Sequence record: OU343167.1
Direction: 5' to 3' (one strand)
Length of the DNA stretch: 64,000 bases
The number at the start of each line of letters is the position of its first letter. Position 1 is the stretch's first letter. The notes under the pieces were generated by a model, which was given only the letters and a program-made list of their open reading frames with translations, was not told the DNA's origin and made no database searches. A program made the translations under genes and the position numbers. Positions 29,626-40,581 of this stretch are shown in pieces.

Positions 29626-30747
29626 ATGGAAACAGAAAATATTCCCCTAGATGTGGAATCTAATCCACCCGAGGAAATCGTCGTATTCGATGACTCCCCT
29701 GCGGCATTGAGTGCGCTACTTGAGAAAGATGAAGTTACTGCTAATCGTATTCTTGATCTAATTGGTGGTTTTGAAAATTATCCAATGTTTGAAAGAGAAT
29801 CACATCTACTAGATCTCGGTTGTGAAGATTTCAAAGGAACCGTTGTAGGTATTCTTGATAAAGTCATTGCATTTCTAAATCGAATTATGGAAGATATGTT
29901 CGATGGTAGTCTAGCTTTATCTCTAGCATTTGACAATATCCTTCTTCGAGTAGAAGAACTTAATACGTTAACACGTACTACTGCACGCCGTTCAAAGGAA
30001 CCGACCTTTGATGTGACTACTCGAATTCAAAATCTTTGTGTTCGTTATAAAGCCATCAATGAAGTACAGGGATTGATTGCAAACCTAAAGAACCTTGAGC
30101 AAATTGGGAAACAGTTCTTTGATTACAATAATGAAGAACTTATTCGTGCAGCATTCCATATCCCACAGCGCATTACAACCGCTGAGGAATTAAATAAACT
30201 CGTTGAAACAATCATGTTATCCAACCCGGTTAAAATGGTTTCTTCTAATCCACTTTATAGTCATCGTGGATATCGGCATGAGTCTCTTCACCTGATGGGT
30301 AATTATCAGGTCGTAGTTCTTGACAAATCGCCAGAAGCAACTGGTATAGATCGAATGTTGGGTATCAGTGTTAAACTAGATAACTCTGAACGTGATCCTT
30401 TGCCCCTTCCAGATTTAATTAAATTTCAACATTTCTCTGGACCTGTACAGATTACTGTATTGCGCCAAGTAGAGAAGATGGCCGAGATGTTTAACCGTGC
30501 AAGTGGTATGAGTATCCGTCATCGTCGGAAAGAACGTATTCGATCAATGTTGAATATTGTCAAAGGTATTCGTAATCAGATTGTCAATGATCAAGTTGAG
30601 GGCGCAGATGAAGCAATTCTACGTCGGTTTGTTGAAGTACTTGAGCGCTACATTGATTGGCTTGCTAATCCTTACTTGGGTATCTTGGCTCTTGCCGGGC
30701 GTAATCTTAACGCTGTTCTTAATGTATGTCGTTCCAATATTAAGTAG
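29626..30747 (+). CDS. inner-body protein (gp96-like)
   Basis: 373 aa; GFE/GCE-DFKGTVV short propeptide pattern. Confidence 0.7.
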   Translation: METENIPLDVESNPPEEIVVFDDSPAALSALLEKDEVTANRILDLIGGFENYPMFERESHLLDLGCEDFKGTVVGILDKVIAFLNRIMEDMFDGSLALSLAFDNILLRVEELNTLTRTTARRSKEPTFDVTTRIQNLCVRYKAINEVQGLIANLKNLEQIGKQFFDYNNEELIRAAFHIPQRITTAEELNKLVETIMLSNPVKMVSSNPLYSHRGYRHESLHLMGNYQVVVLDKSPEATGIDRMLGISVKLDNSERDPLPLPDLIKFQHFSGPVQITVLRQVEKMAEMFNRASGMSIRHRRKERIRSMLNIVKGIRNQIVNDQVEGADEAILRRFVEVLERYIDWLANPYLGILALAGRNLNAVLNVCRSNIK

Positions 30748-30841
30748 GCCTTGGCGTTCAATAATCTGAAACAGTGTTTCGTCCATGAGTAGCGTTTAGG
30801 ACGAATAACGCTACTCGTATTCTGTACAGAAGGTAAACAAC

Positions 30842-33376
30842 ATGTTGAAGAACATTCACAAATATATCACCAGTCTTGAAGACTTCGCTGAGAGCTCCAC
30901 CGAAGTTGAAGATAAGCCTGTTGAAACTGTAGATGCTACTAATGTAGAAGCATCCGCAGAACCGGAAAGCGATGTAGTTGAAGCAGGCGATGAACTTGCG
31001 CAAGCTACCCCCACTGAAGAAGTAAAACCCGATGGTGATCTGGAAACGGTAGAAGAACCTCTTGCTGGTGAAACCAGTGAAGAGCCGTCTGGTATTCCAG
31101 AACCTATGGCTACTACCAATGAATCTGCGGCTGAGGCCGCTGCTGCTCAAGCTGAAGAAGCACAAGCTGCCGAAGTGAAAGAACTCACTGAACAGGCCGA
31201 ACAGATTCAAGCAACCCAACAGGAAACTGTTGAAGCAGCCGCGGCAGATGCTGAGGCCATCGAAGCCAACGAGACAGATGTAAATGGTAACACTGTACCT
31301 GCTGAAGATACTACTGGTGAACAAAACGTAGATATCACTAATAGCGGCGATGCTGGTGAAACCGAACTGACTAACGATGTTGAATCTCTTGATACCGAAA
31401 CTACTGTCGATGACGGTGGTGAAACTGCTACCGCTGATACCATCGGTGAAGAACCGGAAACCCCGGTTGAAGAAGTAGAAGAGACTTCGGAAGCAGAGAT
31501 TGAAGAAGTAGCTGATGTCAGTGATGCTGCCCCTGAACTCGACAACACTGAGCCGGCCACTGTAGAAGGTGGTGAAACTCAGGGTGGTGATGAAGAACTA
31601 CCTGAGTTAGAACCGGAAGCTCAAACCGAAGCAAATGATCAGGTGGATGGTGTTTCTACCCCTGAAGTTGAAGAAGGCGCTGACGAAGTCACCGTACCCG
31701 AAGTCGAAGAGTCTATCGCGGAAACTACCGAAGAAGAAGTTTCTGAAGATGTAGCTGAAACGGAAGAAGTCAACGAAGAAATCGCTGAAGATTCCACTGA
31801 TGATATTCCAGCTGAAGAAACTCCAGTTGAAGAACAAGTGACTGAAACTGAAGAATCTACTGTGGAAGAAATTCCAGCAGAGGAAGAACCAGTAGTCGAG
31901 GAAACTGAAGTCGAAGAAGAAACACCGGCGGAAGTGGAAGAAACTCCTGAAGAAGACATCGTCAACGAAGAGGAAACTCCTGTTGAGACAGAAGCGGAGG
32001 TTGTAGATGAACAAGTCGAAGATCAATCCGAGTCTACCGATGAGACTACAGATGTCGCTGAAGACGAACCAGTCCTCGAAGAGATCGAAGAAGACGAACC
32101 CGATGGAGAAATCGATGATGACGGTGAAGCTAACTTCGATGAAGGTGAACTGGATATCGAGGACGTTGACACTGATGTCACTGAAGACGATGTAGCCGAA
32201 GCCGTAAAAGAAGCCGATGAGGCCGAAGAAGAAGCCGATGCTGATGAAGAGGAAGCGATTGATGCCAGTCGTACAATCGAAGATCTTCAGAAAGAGAAGG
32301 AGTCTGTAGAAGGCTTCATGGAGATTCTGAAATATGGTCTCTCTCAAGAAAGCTATAGTGTTCAAACTCTTATCCTGAGTCAAGTTAAACTTGATGAACT
32401 CAAGAAAGCATTTGGTGACTATGCTCCTTCCGTTCCTTCGATGGAGCAATATGGTAAAGAAGATCTCGATAAGTACTATGCTGCTAGTCTTGAGTCTTTC
32501 CGCGGTTTCCTTAGTCGTATTACCGGTCTGAAGCGTGCACTGAACGAGAAGTTGATTAAATGGTGGGAAGGTCCCCTCGTTACTAAAGTTAAGAAGCGTT
32601 CTCAAGCACTTAACAAAGATGTCGACCTTGCTCTGACTAAACTTGGTAAGTCCAATATCGGGCGTGAAACCGTTAAAGGTATTTCTAGCGATATGGCCAC
32701 CAAAGAAACTAACCTCGTGCAAGCTGTTGCAAAAGATCTTCGTGTCACTTCCGAGATCGCTGTTAAGGGCGTTAAAGACTCTGAACGTGCACTGCAAGAA
32801 GTAGTAGGTGTCATCAACAAGGCTGTTACTGAAGGTGGTTACGATAAGACTGGTCCGCTAGTTAAGACTGCTCTGAATATCAAACCTGCCAAGTATCCGG
32901 AAAACATGGCTAACGCTCTCATGGGTGGTTGGGCTATTGAATACGAGAAAGGCCCACGCGGTGGCGATAGTAAGATCGAGGCTTTGGCATATACTCTGGT
33001 ACCTGTCTTCAAGAAGATCAAAGTAGAGGATCGCCAAGTTAGTTTCGATGTGACCAAAGCTGATCTAGCGAACATGCTTAAGATGGCTAAGGCATACGTC
33101 GCCCTGGCTGATAAGCTTGCTGATTCCGTTGGTTCTAAAGCTATCGATGACATTATCAATCTCGACGTTACACGCAACCGTGCATTGAGCACTGGCTCCA
33201 GTGAGTTCGATACTACTTCCCGTGCATCGGGTTGGGATGAACAAGCTGAACTGGATGATCTGGCTAGTGCAATGCTGAAAGTGTCTTACGCGCATGTGGA
33301 TGCGTATAAGTTCGTAACACAGCATGCTCTTGACGTGGCAGATGGTATTGTTAGTGTTGTTCGTAAAGCTCTGTAA
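30842..33376 (+). CDS. inner-body protein with very long acidic propeptide (gp97-like)
   Basis: 844 aa; E/D/T-rich first half; SQE, SME, SLE sites ending at residue 551. Confidence 0.8.
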   Translation: MLKNIHKYITSLEDFAESSTEVEDKPVETVDATNVEASAEPESDVVEAGDELAQATPTEEVKPDGDLETVEEPLAGETSEEPSGIPEPMATTNESAAEAAAAQAEEAQAAEVKELTEQAEQIQATQQETVEAAAADAEAIEANETDVNGNTVPAEDTTGEQNVDITNSGDAGETELTNDVESLDTETTVDDGGETATADTIGEEPETPVEEVEETSEAEIEEVADVSDAAPELDNTEPATVEGGETQGGDEELPELEPEAQTEANDQVDGVSTPEVEEGADEVTVPEVEESIAETTEEEVSEDVAETEEVNEEIAEDSTDDIPAEETPVEEQVTETEESTVEEIPAEEEPVVEETEVEEETPAEVEETPEEDIVNEEETPVETEAEVVDEQVEDQSESTDETTDVAEDEPVLEEIEEDEPDGEIDDDGEANFDEGELDIEDVDTDVTEDDVAEAVKEADEAEEEADADEEEAIDASRTIEDLQKEKESVEGFMEILKYGLSQESYSVQTLILSQVKLDELKKAFGDYAPSVPSMEQYGKEDLDKYYAASLESFRGFLSRITGLKRALNEKLIKWWEGPLVTKVKKRSQALNKDVDLALTKLGKSNIGRETVKGISSDMATKETNLVQAVAKDLRVTSEIAVKGVKDSERALQEVVGVINKAVTEGGYDKTGPLVKTALNIKPAKYPENMANALMGGWAIEYEKGPRGGDSKIEALAYTLVPVFKKIKVEDRQVSFDVTKADLANMLKMAKAYVALADKLADSVGSKAIDDIINLDVTRNRALSTGSSEFDTTSRASGWDEQAELDDLASAMLKVSYAHVDAYKFVTQHALDVADGIVSVVRKAL

Positions 33377-33382
33377 GTAACA

Positions 33383-33420
33383 ACATATTGCCCTGCCCTA
33401 AAAAGGCAGGGCTTTATGCC
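33383..33420 (+). terminator. hairpin terminator
   Basis: ACATATTGCCCTGCC-CTAAAAA-GGCAGGGCTTTATGCC. Confidence 0.75.
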
Positions 33421-33454
33421 GGATCTTATGATCTTAAACCATGAGGTGGTTACC

Positions 33455-35101
33455 ATGCCCCATGCAATTATCCCCTTGCCAGACGTATACGAAACCGTAA
33501 TGCGGAAGGTATCAGTCGATGCTATTCGACAAATTGCTACAATGATGCAGTTACCCGGTGCTACCCGAGTTTACCTACCTGGACGTGTCGATACCGTTCC
33601 TATGAACGACGGTATGTTTGGTAACTGTTGCGATGCAGCCGATGCTGTTCACTTTGACCCAGAAGAACGTATTACAGTTGCATATGAAGAAATAGCCGAA
33701 GAGAACTTTACTCTTTCAACTGCGGTTTATAACAACGAGAACTTTCCTCTATTCGTTGATGATGTTCATGATATTACTATTCGACCGATTCGACGTTTTG
33801 TTGACTTCAGGATAGACATTGAATATCAGGCACCTAACGTGGTACTGGCTCAACGCTGGTTAGACGATCAACGGATACGTTGTTCAGCCGGCGGTGCTGA
33901 GATGACAATGTCTCTAACGTATCACTATAATGTCCCTCCATCTCTTTTAGGTTTGATGAAAGGACTGTATGATACAATGCAGAAGTCAAACTGGCCAACC
34001 GATCTAACCTTCCGTGAGTGGATGGAGAAACATTGGTGCCAACCTCAAACCGAAATGGCTACCCTAGCAAGTACACATCCTACACTTTCTATATACGAAC
34101 GTCAAGTTGATGTGGTCGGTTGGTTTGACTTTAGTACATCTCCAGATACGCCACAAAAGTCGTCTGATAATGCTGGTGGATACACTGTTAATTTTAGCTA
34201 TCTGTGTCGTTATGAACGACCTACGCATATGCGTGTTAACTATCCAATCCTAATGAACCAGTGTACTATTCCTAAAGTATTCCGACCGGAGTATCGATAT
34301 CAGAATTATCAAGCGGTTGATCGGAAGACTACATCTTTACGTGGAACATTAGATCATCAATTTCTCTTAATGCGAGATATGGGTCTACCTTATATCCAGC
34401 ATCCAGATATCGATGATTGGCATACTGACCAAATTCCACCGCACCGCTTCACATTCTTTAATGGGTTGTTGTGCCTGAGTAAAGATGACCTGACATCACT
34501 GATGGACTTCAAGAACCTAGGTCGATTTACATTCAATCCATATTGGCTTGAGTTTATCCAGACTCTAGGAACAGCTGCAATCGCAGATGGCTCTTTCTTT
34601 GAAATCCGGTTGTACCAAAATAACGAGCGGTTACGTGTACCGATGACAATTGATCCTGGGACTACTCTTCTGAGAACAACCATCCCACTGGATCCTTTGA
34701 AGTATTACCACATTCAAATTAGTCTCTCTAAGAACTTCTATGGTATCCATGATAAGTACTGGGAGATGATTCGTCGTTATCCAACTACCTGCTGGAGTCT
34801 GTTCCGGTTGTTCCGTGTTAGTATTGGTCGTAACCCGATCGAGAAAATGGAACTACTGGGTCTAAGTGGTCCTCGTCCAGAAGATCCCGATGCTCCAGGT
34901 GAAGGTACTACACCAATCACGTCTGACCTGCCTAATACGTTTAAGCGTGGTATCGTGAAATGGGGTGATATTGCTAAAGCTCGTGAAGAGCAAGACAAGA
35001 TCATTGCTGAAGTTGGAGCCAGTGGTGGTTATATAGATCAACACAAAGTCGGTCCATTGAACGTATTATTTTCGCACATTATTTCTGACATTAGGAGTTA
35101 A
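33455..35101 (+). CDS. virion structural protein (gp98-like)
   Basis: ATG 33455 with GAGGT RBS in ORF 33416..35101; synteny. Confidence 0.65.
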   Translation: MPHAIIPLPDVYETVMRKVSVDAIRQIATMMQLPGATRVYLPGRVDTVPMNDGMFGNCCDAADAVHFDPEERITVAYEEIAEENFTLSTAVYNNENFPLFVDDVHDITIRPIRRFVDFRIDIEYQAPNVVLAQRWLDDQRIRCSAGGAEMTMSLTYHYNVPPSLLGLMKGLYDTMQKSNWPTDLTFREWMEKHWCQPQTEMATLASTHPTLSIYERQVDVVGWFDFSTSPDTPQKSSDNAGGYTVNFSYLCRYERPTHMRVNYPILMNQCTIPKVFRPEYRYQNYQAVDRKTTSLRGTLDHQFLLMRDMGLPYIQHPDIDDWHTDQIPPHRFTFFNGLLCLSKDDLTSLMDFKNLGRFTFNPYWLEFIQTLGTAAIADGSFFEIRLYQNNERLRVPMTIDPGTTLLRTTIPLDPLKYYHIQISLSKNFYGIHDKYWEMIRRYPTTCWSLFRLFRVSIGRNPIEKMELLGLSGPRPEDPDAPGEGTTPITSDLPNTFKRGIVKWGDIAKAREEQDKIIAEVGASGGYIDQHKVGPLNVLFSHIISDIRS

Positions 35102-35103
35102 CG

Positions 35104-36510
35104 ATGTCTCTTTTTGTAGATGAGGAAGAAATTGCTCCTCAGAGTCCAGAAGTTAATCCTGTTACTGTCAAAGCACGCCCCGAGGTTTATCGGGGCATTG
35201 CCATTGATACAAAGTTCGTACCAAAAAGTTCGATGCTTGCATGGATAAATGGTTCTAACTGGAACGTAACGTATTTCTCACAAATTCTTGACGAAACTCA
35301 AGAACCAACTCCCCTGGCTCTCCATCGTCAACCACCATATCAACAATACCGTTGCATTAAAGGAATGGATCTTAAGGTTAACCAATCTTTAGATATTTCC
35401 CAAGATGAACGTATTCGTACATTCTCTGTTACTGGTGCCGGACACACATATCCGTTCCTCGTTCCCAACGTTGGAGATATGTTCATTGGTAACATTGGTG
35501 ATGGTGTACTAGGTCTATTCACTATTACGGCGGCTCGTCGTGAAACATTCTTGCGTGATTCCACATACGCTATCGAATGGAAGATGGTGAGTAAACTTAA
35601 TGAACAACAGGTAGAAGACCTTGAACGTAAGACTATAATCACTTACTATTATTCTGCAAGTTCTCTTACTAGTGGTTGTGGTCCGTTTGTTACTGAACAA
35701 GAACAACAAGATCAAAAAGATTTTGCTGCTCTTCGTAAAGAGATCATTCGGAGATACATTAGTGACTTCTTCTCTGTTGAACATAGTACATTCCTAGTAC
35801 CAGATCAGTTAATGAAAACCTATGACCATTTTGTAACTAAAGCGATGGTTATGATGGTTGACATGAAAACTGATCGACGGATGATGAATGTTAAGTTACT
35901 GAATGTAATGTCCGAACCTGTAATGAAGCAACCAACTATTTGGGATGCTATCTTACGTCAAGATGCTACCCGTCTTTGCGGTTCTACTGAACGTGCACAT
36001 CTCGTAGCTACTAGAATCTCCCGCTGGCGGCCAGAACTACAGGCAATTGGTTATACCGGTATCCCTAGGTTCGTGTTCCCTATCGAGGGACCAACTGACG
36101 TGGATTCACAATACGATGGTGAAGACCGTGCTCGACCAGAAGGAATTCCGTTCCATGAAGGTCAACCACGTCGTCCTCAAATACCGTATAAGACGCAAGA
36201 AGAACGAAACAGCGAATGGTTTAAACGTGCTGATCCAGATGTCATAAAACAAGATGAAGCGTGGGATCGCCCGGCTGACATCGCACCCGTAGTTCGTGAT
36301 AACTTCTATGTATTTACCGAAGCCTTTTATACGGAAGATGCCAAGCTCCAGACTAAACTGGAAATGTTAACTTGGCAAATGATCAATCGTCAACCTATGG
36401 ACATGAACCAATTAAGAAAAGTGACGAAATGTTGCCTTTCGTGGGACAATTTGGAACGATTTTATTATCACCCTGTCCTGATAGCACTACTTAAATACGC
36501 AACGAGGTAA
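35104..36510 (+). CDS. virion structural protein (gp99-like)
   Basis: 468 aa, AGGAG RBS; synteny. Confidence 0.65.
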   Translation: MSLFVDEEEIAPQSPEVNPVTVKARPEVYRGIAIDTKFVPKSSMLAWINGSNWNVTYFSQILDETQEPTPLALHRQPPYQQYRCIKGMDLKVNQSLDISQDERIRTFSVTGAGHTYPFLVPNVGDMFIGNIGDGVLGLFTITAARRETFLRDSTYAIEWKMVSKLNEQQVEDLERKTIITYYYSASSLTSGCGPFVTEQEQQDQKDFAALRKEIIRRYISDFFSVEHSTFLVPDQLMKTYDHFVTKAMVMMVDMKTDRRMMNVKLLNVMSEPVMKQPTIWDAILRQDATRLCGSTERAHLVATRISRWRPELQAIGYTGIPRFVFPIEGPTDVDSQYDGEDRARPEGIPFHEGQPRRPQIPYKTQEERNSEWFKRADPDVIKQDEAWDRPADIAPVVRDNFYVFTEAFYTEDAKLQTKLEMLTWQMINRQPMDMNQLRKVTKCCLSWDNLERFYYHPVLIALLKYATR

Positions 36511-36516
36511 TCTCCA

Positions 36517-37089
36517 ATGCAACTCTGTGAACGATATACTGCGGCATGGCGTTTGTTCCATCTTCGTTATGAAGTTGTTACACCAGATCTTGCAGCTTAT
36601 AGCACTAACTATCTACGTAATAACCATATCAACGTAACGGGAGATCGACTAGTCGACCGTGAACGTGTATCGCAAATGTCCCGTGGTCAACAAACAGCCG
36701 CTGGTATTGCAATGATGATGGGTGAGGGGTATAGCGTAGGTCTCGTTAACTATAAAGACTGCGTGCAGATCTATGCTGACATCCAGAAACATCTGGGTGA
36801 CTGGCGAGAACAAACTCTATTCCATGCACATCCAGCTGGTTTCCCACCTATTGAAGATCTTCGTCTTTTCGAAGCACTTGCTATTGAGGTTTATGAACTA
36901 GCGAAAAAGCTGGAACCGCGTGAAGACGTACGTAGTCAAATATTTGACTCGCTTGTGGCAATGAACCGTCGTCGTAACTTGGCATCCACTAATAAGTGGT
37001 TGCAGGCACGTAGTGAAGTCGAAGGTAAATTAAAGCCATACGTTTCTATCGTAGATCAGATTGAACGTTACATCGTGGAGGCTGAATAA
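36517..37089 (+). CDS. conserved hypothetical protein (gp100-like)
   Basis: 190 aa; coupled to next gene by TAATG. Confidence 0.7.
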   Translation: MQLCERYTAAWRLFHLRYEVVTPDLAAYSTNYLRNNHINVTGDRLVDRERVSQMSRGQQTAAGIAMMMGEGYSVGLVNYKDCVQIYADIQKHLGDWREQTLFHAHPAGFPPIEDLRLFEALAIEVYELAKKLEPREDVRSQIFDSLVAMNRRRNLASTNKWLQARSEVEGKLKPYVSIVDQIERYIVEAE

Positions 37090-38474
37090 TGTCTGTCGAT
37101 AGTACGCTTTTAATGCGTGAAGTCGAACAGGTTACCGAAATTGGTGAAAGCTATTCTAACTTCCGCAATGAGATTAAAATCCTTGCTAATAAAAAGTGGA
37201 TTACTCCTGTACGTCTTGATTTTCTTTATTTGAATAGAGACTACGGGAGTGGTCAACTTGGTGATATCAGAGAGGTTCAGTTCTTAATTGGTTATGGTGA
37301 CTATGTCCATGATATCGTCCCTTATCGCGATAACCTACAAGTCGATGTATCTGAGATACCTCTACTGGAAGCAGTAGCTACACGTAACGTCGAACGGAAA
37401 GCAGTTACCAAACGTTACCGAGGGATTATTTCCGTTAGTGGTGACGATAACCCGGCCTTGTCAGGAAAGAACTCTAATCTTAAATCCAGAGAAGCGATGA
37501 ACCAGATCGGATTGATCAGCGTACAGATGCAACTTGTGGATGAACTGACGTATAAACTGATGATGGTAACTTGTGGCACTACATATCGAGTTACGACCAC
37601 AATGAATGCTCTTAAATCACTGTGGACGCAATTTGGGCAATTAGTGGGAGGCTCGGATAGCCAAAGATTACTTGCCATCGATATCGCAGATGGATATAGT
37701 CAAGAAGAACGTAATCAGATTATCATCCCAGATGGAATGCCTTTGAAAGACGTTCATCGATTCTTCCAAGATAAAGAAGGAGGAATCTATTCTACGGGTA
37801 TTGGACGTTATATACAAAATCAGGTTTTATTCTTGTATCCTCTTTACGATACAACTCGTTATGGAAAGAATACAAAAGTGCTAAACTTGATCAACGTTCC
37901 TAATGATCGGTACCAGGGTGCTGAGAAGACGTTCAGAAACACGATGCGCCATATCACAGTGTTAGCCACTGGCGATGCGACTTCACTTGACCAAGGACTC
38001 GCCGAGCAACTTCAGAATGGTAACTCTTTCCGATTTGGGGATGCTCGTAAAGTATTCCAAGACTTTGCAATTGACAAAGACAACAAAATGTTAGTTGATA
38101 GGGCTACTAACTTGTTCGAAGTCAAGATGAAGGATTTGGAAACAGGATTCAATAACGTTCGCTGGGCAAAAGATAGATTGACATCTAACCCTTTCAAGCA
38201 ATATACGGATATGGCTAGAAAGCAAGGACAAGAGATCAAATTGGAATGGACACATGGTAATCCTGATTTACTCTATCCGGGGATGCCTGTTAAATTTCAG
38301 ACAATATCTGATAACCGAGTGAAAACATACCACGGCGTGTTATTAGGTGTAAACGAACAACGTAGATCAGCTGACGCTGGGGCCACAGTCAATCGCCACG
38401 TCGGTAAAGTCACATTGGGCGTTTTCATTAATCGCTTCGAAGTAACAGAAGACGGTATAGAGCCCACCCCGTAA
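37089..38474 (+). CDS. virion protein, possible baseplate-hub (T4 gp27-like) fold (gp101-like)
   Basis: 461 aa; C-terminal LLYPGMPVKF...YHGVLLGV beta-barrel pattern seen in hub proteins. Confidence 0.5.
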   Translation: MSVDSTLLMREVEQVTEIGESYSNFRNEIKILANKKWITPVRLDFLYLNRDYGSGQLGDIREVQFLIGYGDYVHDIVPYRDNLQVDVSEIPLLEAVATRNVERKAVTKRYRGIISVSGDDNPALSGKNSNLKSREAMNQIGLISVQMQLVDELTYKLMMVTCGTTYRVTTTMNALKSLWTQFGQLVGGSDSQRLLAIDIADGYSQEERNQIIIPDGMPLKDVHRFFQDKEGGIYSTGIGRYIQNQVLFLYPLYDTTRYGKNTKVLNLINVPNDRYQGAEKTFRNTMRHITVLATGDATSLDQGLAEQLQNGNSFRFGDARKVFQDFAIDKDNKMLVDRATNLFEVKMKDLETGFNNVRWAKDRLTSNPFKQYTDMARKQGQEIKLEWTHGNPDLLYPGMPVKFQTISDNRVKTYHGVLLGVNEQRRSADAGATVNRHVGKVTLGVFINRFEVTEDGIEPTP

Positions 38475-38492
38475 TTGGGGTGGGTTTTTATT
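38461..38492 (+). terminator. hairpin terminator
   Basis: CCCACCCC-GTAATT-GGGGTGGG then T tract. Confidence 0.75.
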
Positions 38493-38505
38493 TAGGTAGG
38501 ACCAT

Positions 38506-38937
38506 ATGCAGAACGTGTTCTTTCGTATTGACCACGTTTGGTCATACAACTTTATTGGATCTATAAAAGGATTCATCGATCTTTCAATAGATGTAGTAAA
38601 CCACTTATACTCTTTAGCCACTGAGTATGTGAAACTACAGCACAACTTTATTTATAACCACAACGCTAAAGAGTTCAATAAAGGGTATCAATACATCCTT
38701 ATGGAACTACAACGCTATCCAATCGATACAAGTTTCTTTGAAGGTAATTTCAAAGAACTATATAACTTTCATCGATTAGCATTTAATAGCTTAAAAGGTG
38801 AAATCGAGACTATAAAGACATATTGCAACGACGAAGGGAATATAGAGGCGTTCATTATAGAACTTCGTGAGTGTCCACCTTGCATTCAAAGCATTTTAAA
38901 CCCTATATCACAATTGGGAATAAACCAGTTATATTAG
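38506..38937 (+). CDS. hypothetical protein
   Basis: 143 aa, AGGA RBS, AT-rich. Confidence 0.6.
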   Translation: MQNVFFRIDHVWSYNFIGSIKGFIDLSIDVVNHLYSLATEYVKLQHNFIYNHNAKEFNKGYQYILMELQRYPIDTSFFEGNFKELYNFHRLAFNSLKGEIETIKTYCNDEGNIEAFIIELRECPPCIQSILNPISQLGINQLY

Positions 38938-38944
38938 GTGCTTT

Positions 38945-39088
38945 ATGCAAGAACAAGCTAAGGAAGAAATGTTCCCGCGTTCCAATAAGAGTGATCCCAA
39001 TGTCCCACCGAGCTGGGTTAAACTAGAGCATGTTGTAATCGTGTTCGTTATCTCTCTTGTTGCAACAATCATTTTCAACGGCTTCTAA
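38945..39088 (+). CDS. 47-aa membrane protein (below ORF-track cutoff)
   Basis: MQEQAKEE...VVIVFVISLVATIIFNGF; AGGT RBS. Confidence 0.55.
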   Translation: MQEQAKEEMFPRSNKSDPNVPPSWVKLEHVVIVFVISLVATIIFNGF

Positions 39089-39097
39089 GGATAAACC

Positions 39098-39262
39098 ATG
39101 TTCTATGATCATAATAAACCTCACGAAGAAAACGAAAAGAGTCGTCGTGAGTACGCCCACAATCGTGAACTTATGCAATATGCAACCGCTGGTATTGCTT
39201 TAATAACCGCTGCAATTACCCTTACTATAGCGGTAAAAAAGGCAGTGAATGAGTTCACCTAA
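39098..39262 (+). CDS. 54-aa membrane protein (below cutoff)
   Basis: MFYDHNK...ATAGIALITAAITLTIAVKK; AGGA RBS. Confidence 0.55.
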   Translation: MFYDHNKPHEENEKSRREYAHNRELMQYATAGIALITAAITLTIAVKKAVNEFT

Positions 39263-39330
39263 TCTTGCACAATCTGATGAGTTGTGGTTTCGCGACCATT
39301 AGATTTTGTAGGACAAAGGAGCCATTGACT

Positions 39331-39804
39331 ATGGCTGAATTCGTGATAGGTAAAGACATTTTTAAAGAGCCTGGGGATCTTTACCTAATAACTGTTAATA
39401 CCCGTGGCGTAATGGGTACAGGTTTAGCGGAAAGCTTCCGTGAGAAGTTCCCTGAACTGTATCAAAGATATAAACATGATTGCAAGTATCGAATCATCAC
39501 CATCGGTAACCCAACCATCTATCTTGCCGATGATGGTAAACGTTACATGATGTTCCCAACGAAAGATCGTTGGCAAGATGATTCACAGTTAAGCTATATC
39601 AATGACGGCCTCCAATGGATAGTCGACAATATTGATGTAGAAGATGGGATCGACCCTAAGTGGAAGATCGTAGTACCACCGCTCGGTTGCGGAAACGGCA
39701 TGCTGAAATGGCCTGATGTTAAACAAACATTAGAAAAGTTCAGTAGTCATATCCCTAACGAGATGGTGGTCGTAGTACCGCCCTGGATGGCGGCCCTTGC
39801 TTAA
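39331..39804 (+). CDS. DarG-like macrodomain (ADP-ribose hydrolase)
   Basis: VNTRGVMGTGLAESFREKFP, FPTKDRW...S, IVVPPLGCGNGMLKW are canonical macrodomain/DarG motifs; start at 39331 with AGGAG. Confidence 0.85.
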   Translation: MAEFVIGKDIFKEPGDLYLITVNTRGVMGTGLAESFREKFPELYQRYKHDCKYRIITIGNPTIYLADDGKRYMMFPTKDRWQDDSQLSYINDGLQWIVDNIDVEDGIDPKWKIVVPPLGCGNGMLKWPDVKQTLEKFSSHIPNEMVVVVPPWMAALA

Positions 39805-39814
39805 TCAAACCTAA

Positions 39815-39844
39815 AAAGCCCTGGTCTTCGATCAGGGCTTTATG
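39815..39844 (+). terminator. hairpin terminator
   Basis: AAAGCCCTGGTC-TTCG-ATCAGGGCTTTATG. Confidence 0.7.
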
Positions 39845-39878
39845 TCGTGTCAAACCAAACCCAAAAGGAAATTGAAAA

Positions 39879-40307
39879 ATGAATATCGCAATCAACGCAA
39901 TTGTAGCTGTAAGTGTAATCGCTTTCCTGGCCTACATGGCTTATGCAATTTACATGCACCGTCAACATGAGCTAGCTAAAGGGATCAAATCGGATATCTG
40001 GCGCTGGCACATGAAAACTATGGATAACATGATCGGTAAGATGGAGAACATTCTCAGGTACTCTAGTTTGAAGAGTAGTTTCGTAGCCGGTGAACGTCAG
40101 TTTGTTGAAGTTATTCGCGAATATCGTATTAAGTCGATCGCTAATACCGAAAGTAAACTTCGTCAAGCTGGACTCGTGAGTGGTCTGTGTAATGAAGTAA
40201 GTAATCACAACGAACATGTGGCCGACGATGTAATTGATCGTGTTCTCGGCCATTTCATCACCGATCAGAATCTGCTTCAGCGCATCGCTCGTAAGTCCGT
40301 AGTCTAA
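39879..40307 (+). CDS. N-terminally anchored membrane protein
   Basis: 142 aa, N-terminal TM helix. Confidence 0.75.
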   Translation: MNIAINAIVAVSVIAFLAYMAYAIYMHRQHELAKGIKSDIWRWHMKTMDNMIGKMENILRYSSLKSSFVAGERQFVEVIREYRIKSIANTESKLRQAGLVSGLCNEVSNHNEHVADDVIDRVLGHFITDQNLLQRIARKSVV

Positions 40308-40325
40308 AGACTACATTCAAACCAA

Positions 40326-40350
40326 TTTAAAGGCTATATTACAAGTGTGA
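40326..40350 (+). promoter_or_regulatory. early promoter (TATATTAC 40335-40342)
   Basis: TTTAAAGGC-TATATTAC-AAGTGTGA. Confidence 0.8.
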
Positions 40351-40378
40351 TATTAGTCAACAGATCAAGGAGATCAAC

Positions 40379-40483
40379 ATGGGACTCGCACGCTTCTGTG
40401 TAAAACTCGCTGCATGCATCATCGTTGTTAATGCTGCCTGTTGGGCAGTTGATGAAGTATTCAATGCTGCTCAAGGAGAATAA
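40379..40483 (+). CDS. 34-aa hydrophobic peptide
   Basis: AGGAG RBS; MGLARFCVKLAACIIVVNAACWAVDEVFNAAQGE. Confidence 0.6.
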   Translation: MGLARFCVKLAACIIVVNAACWAVDEVFNAAQGE

Positions 40484-40485
40484 AC

Positions 40486-40581
40486 ATGAACACTCTCGTA
40501 AAAACTGTATTTGTCGTAACTGTCGGTATCCTGGCAATGAATATTGCTGGTACTCTTTACGATGAAGTAGTGGGTGCATGA
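40486..40581 (+). CDS. 31-aa hydrophobic peptide
   Basis: AGGAG RBS; MNTLVKTVFVVTVGILAMNIAGTLYDEVVGA; ATGA-coupled to next gene. Confidence 0.6.
   Translation: MNTLVKTVFVVTVGILAMNIAGTLYDEVVGA

Noticed and set aside
30856-32820. Ser-rich and Phe-rich minus-strand ORFs
   Set aside because: Reverse complements of GAA-rich acidic coding sequence
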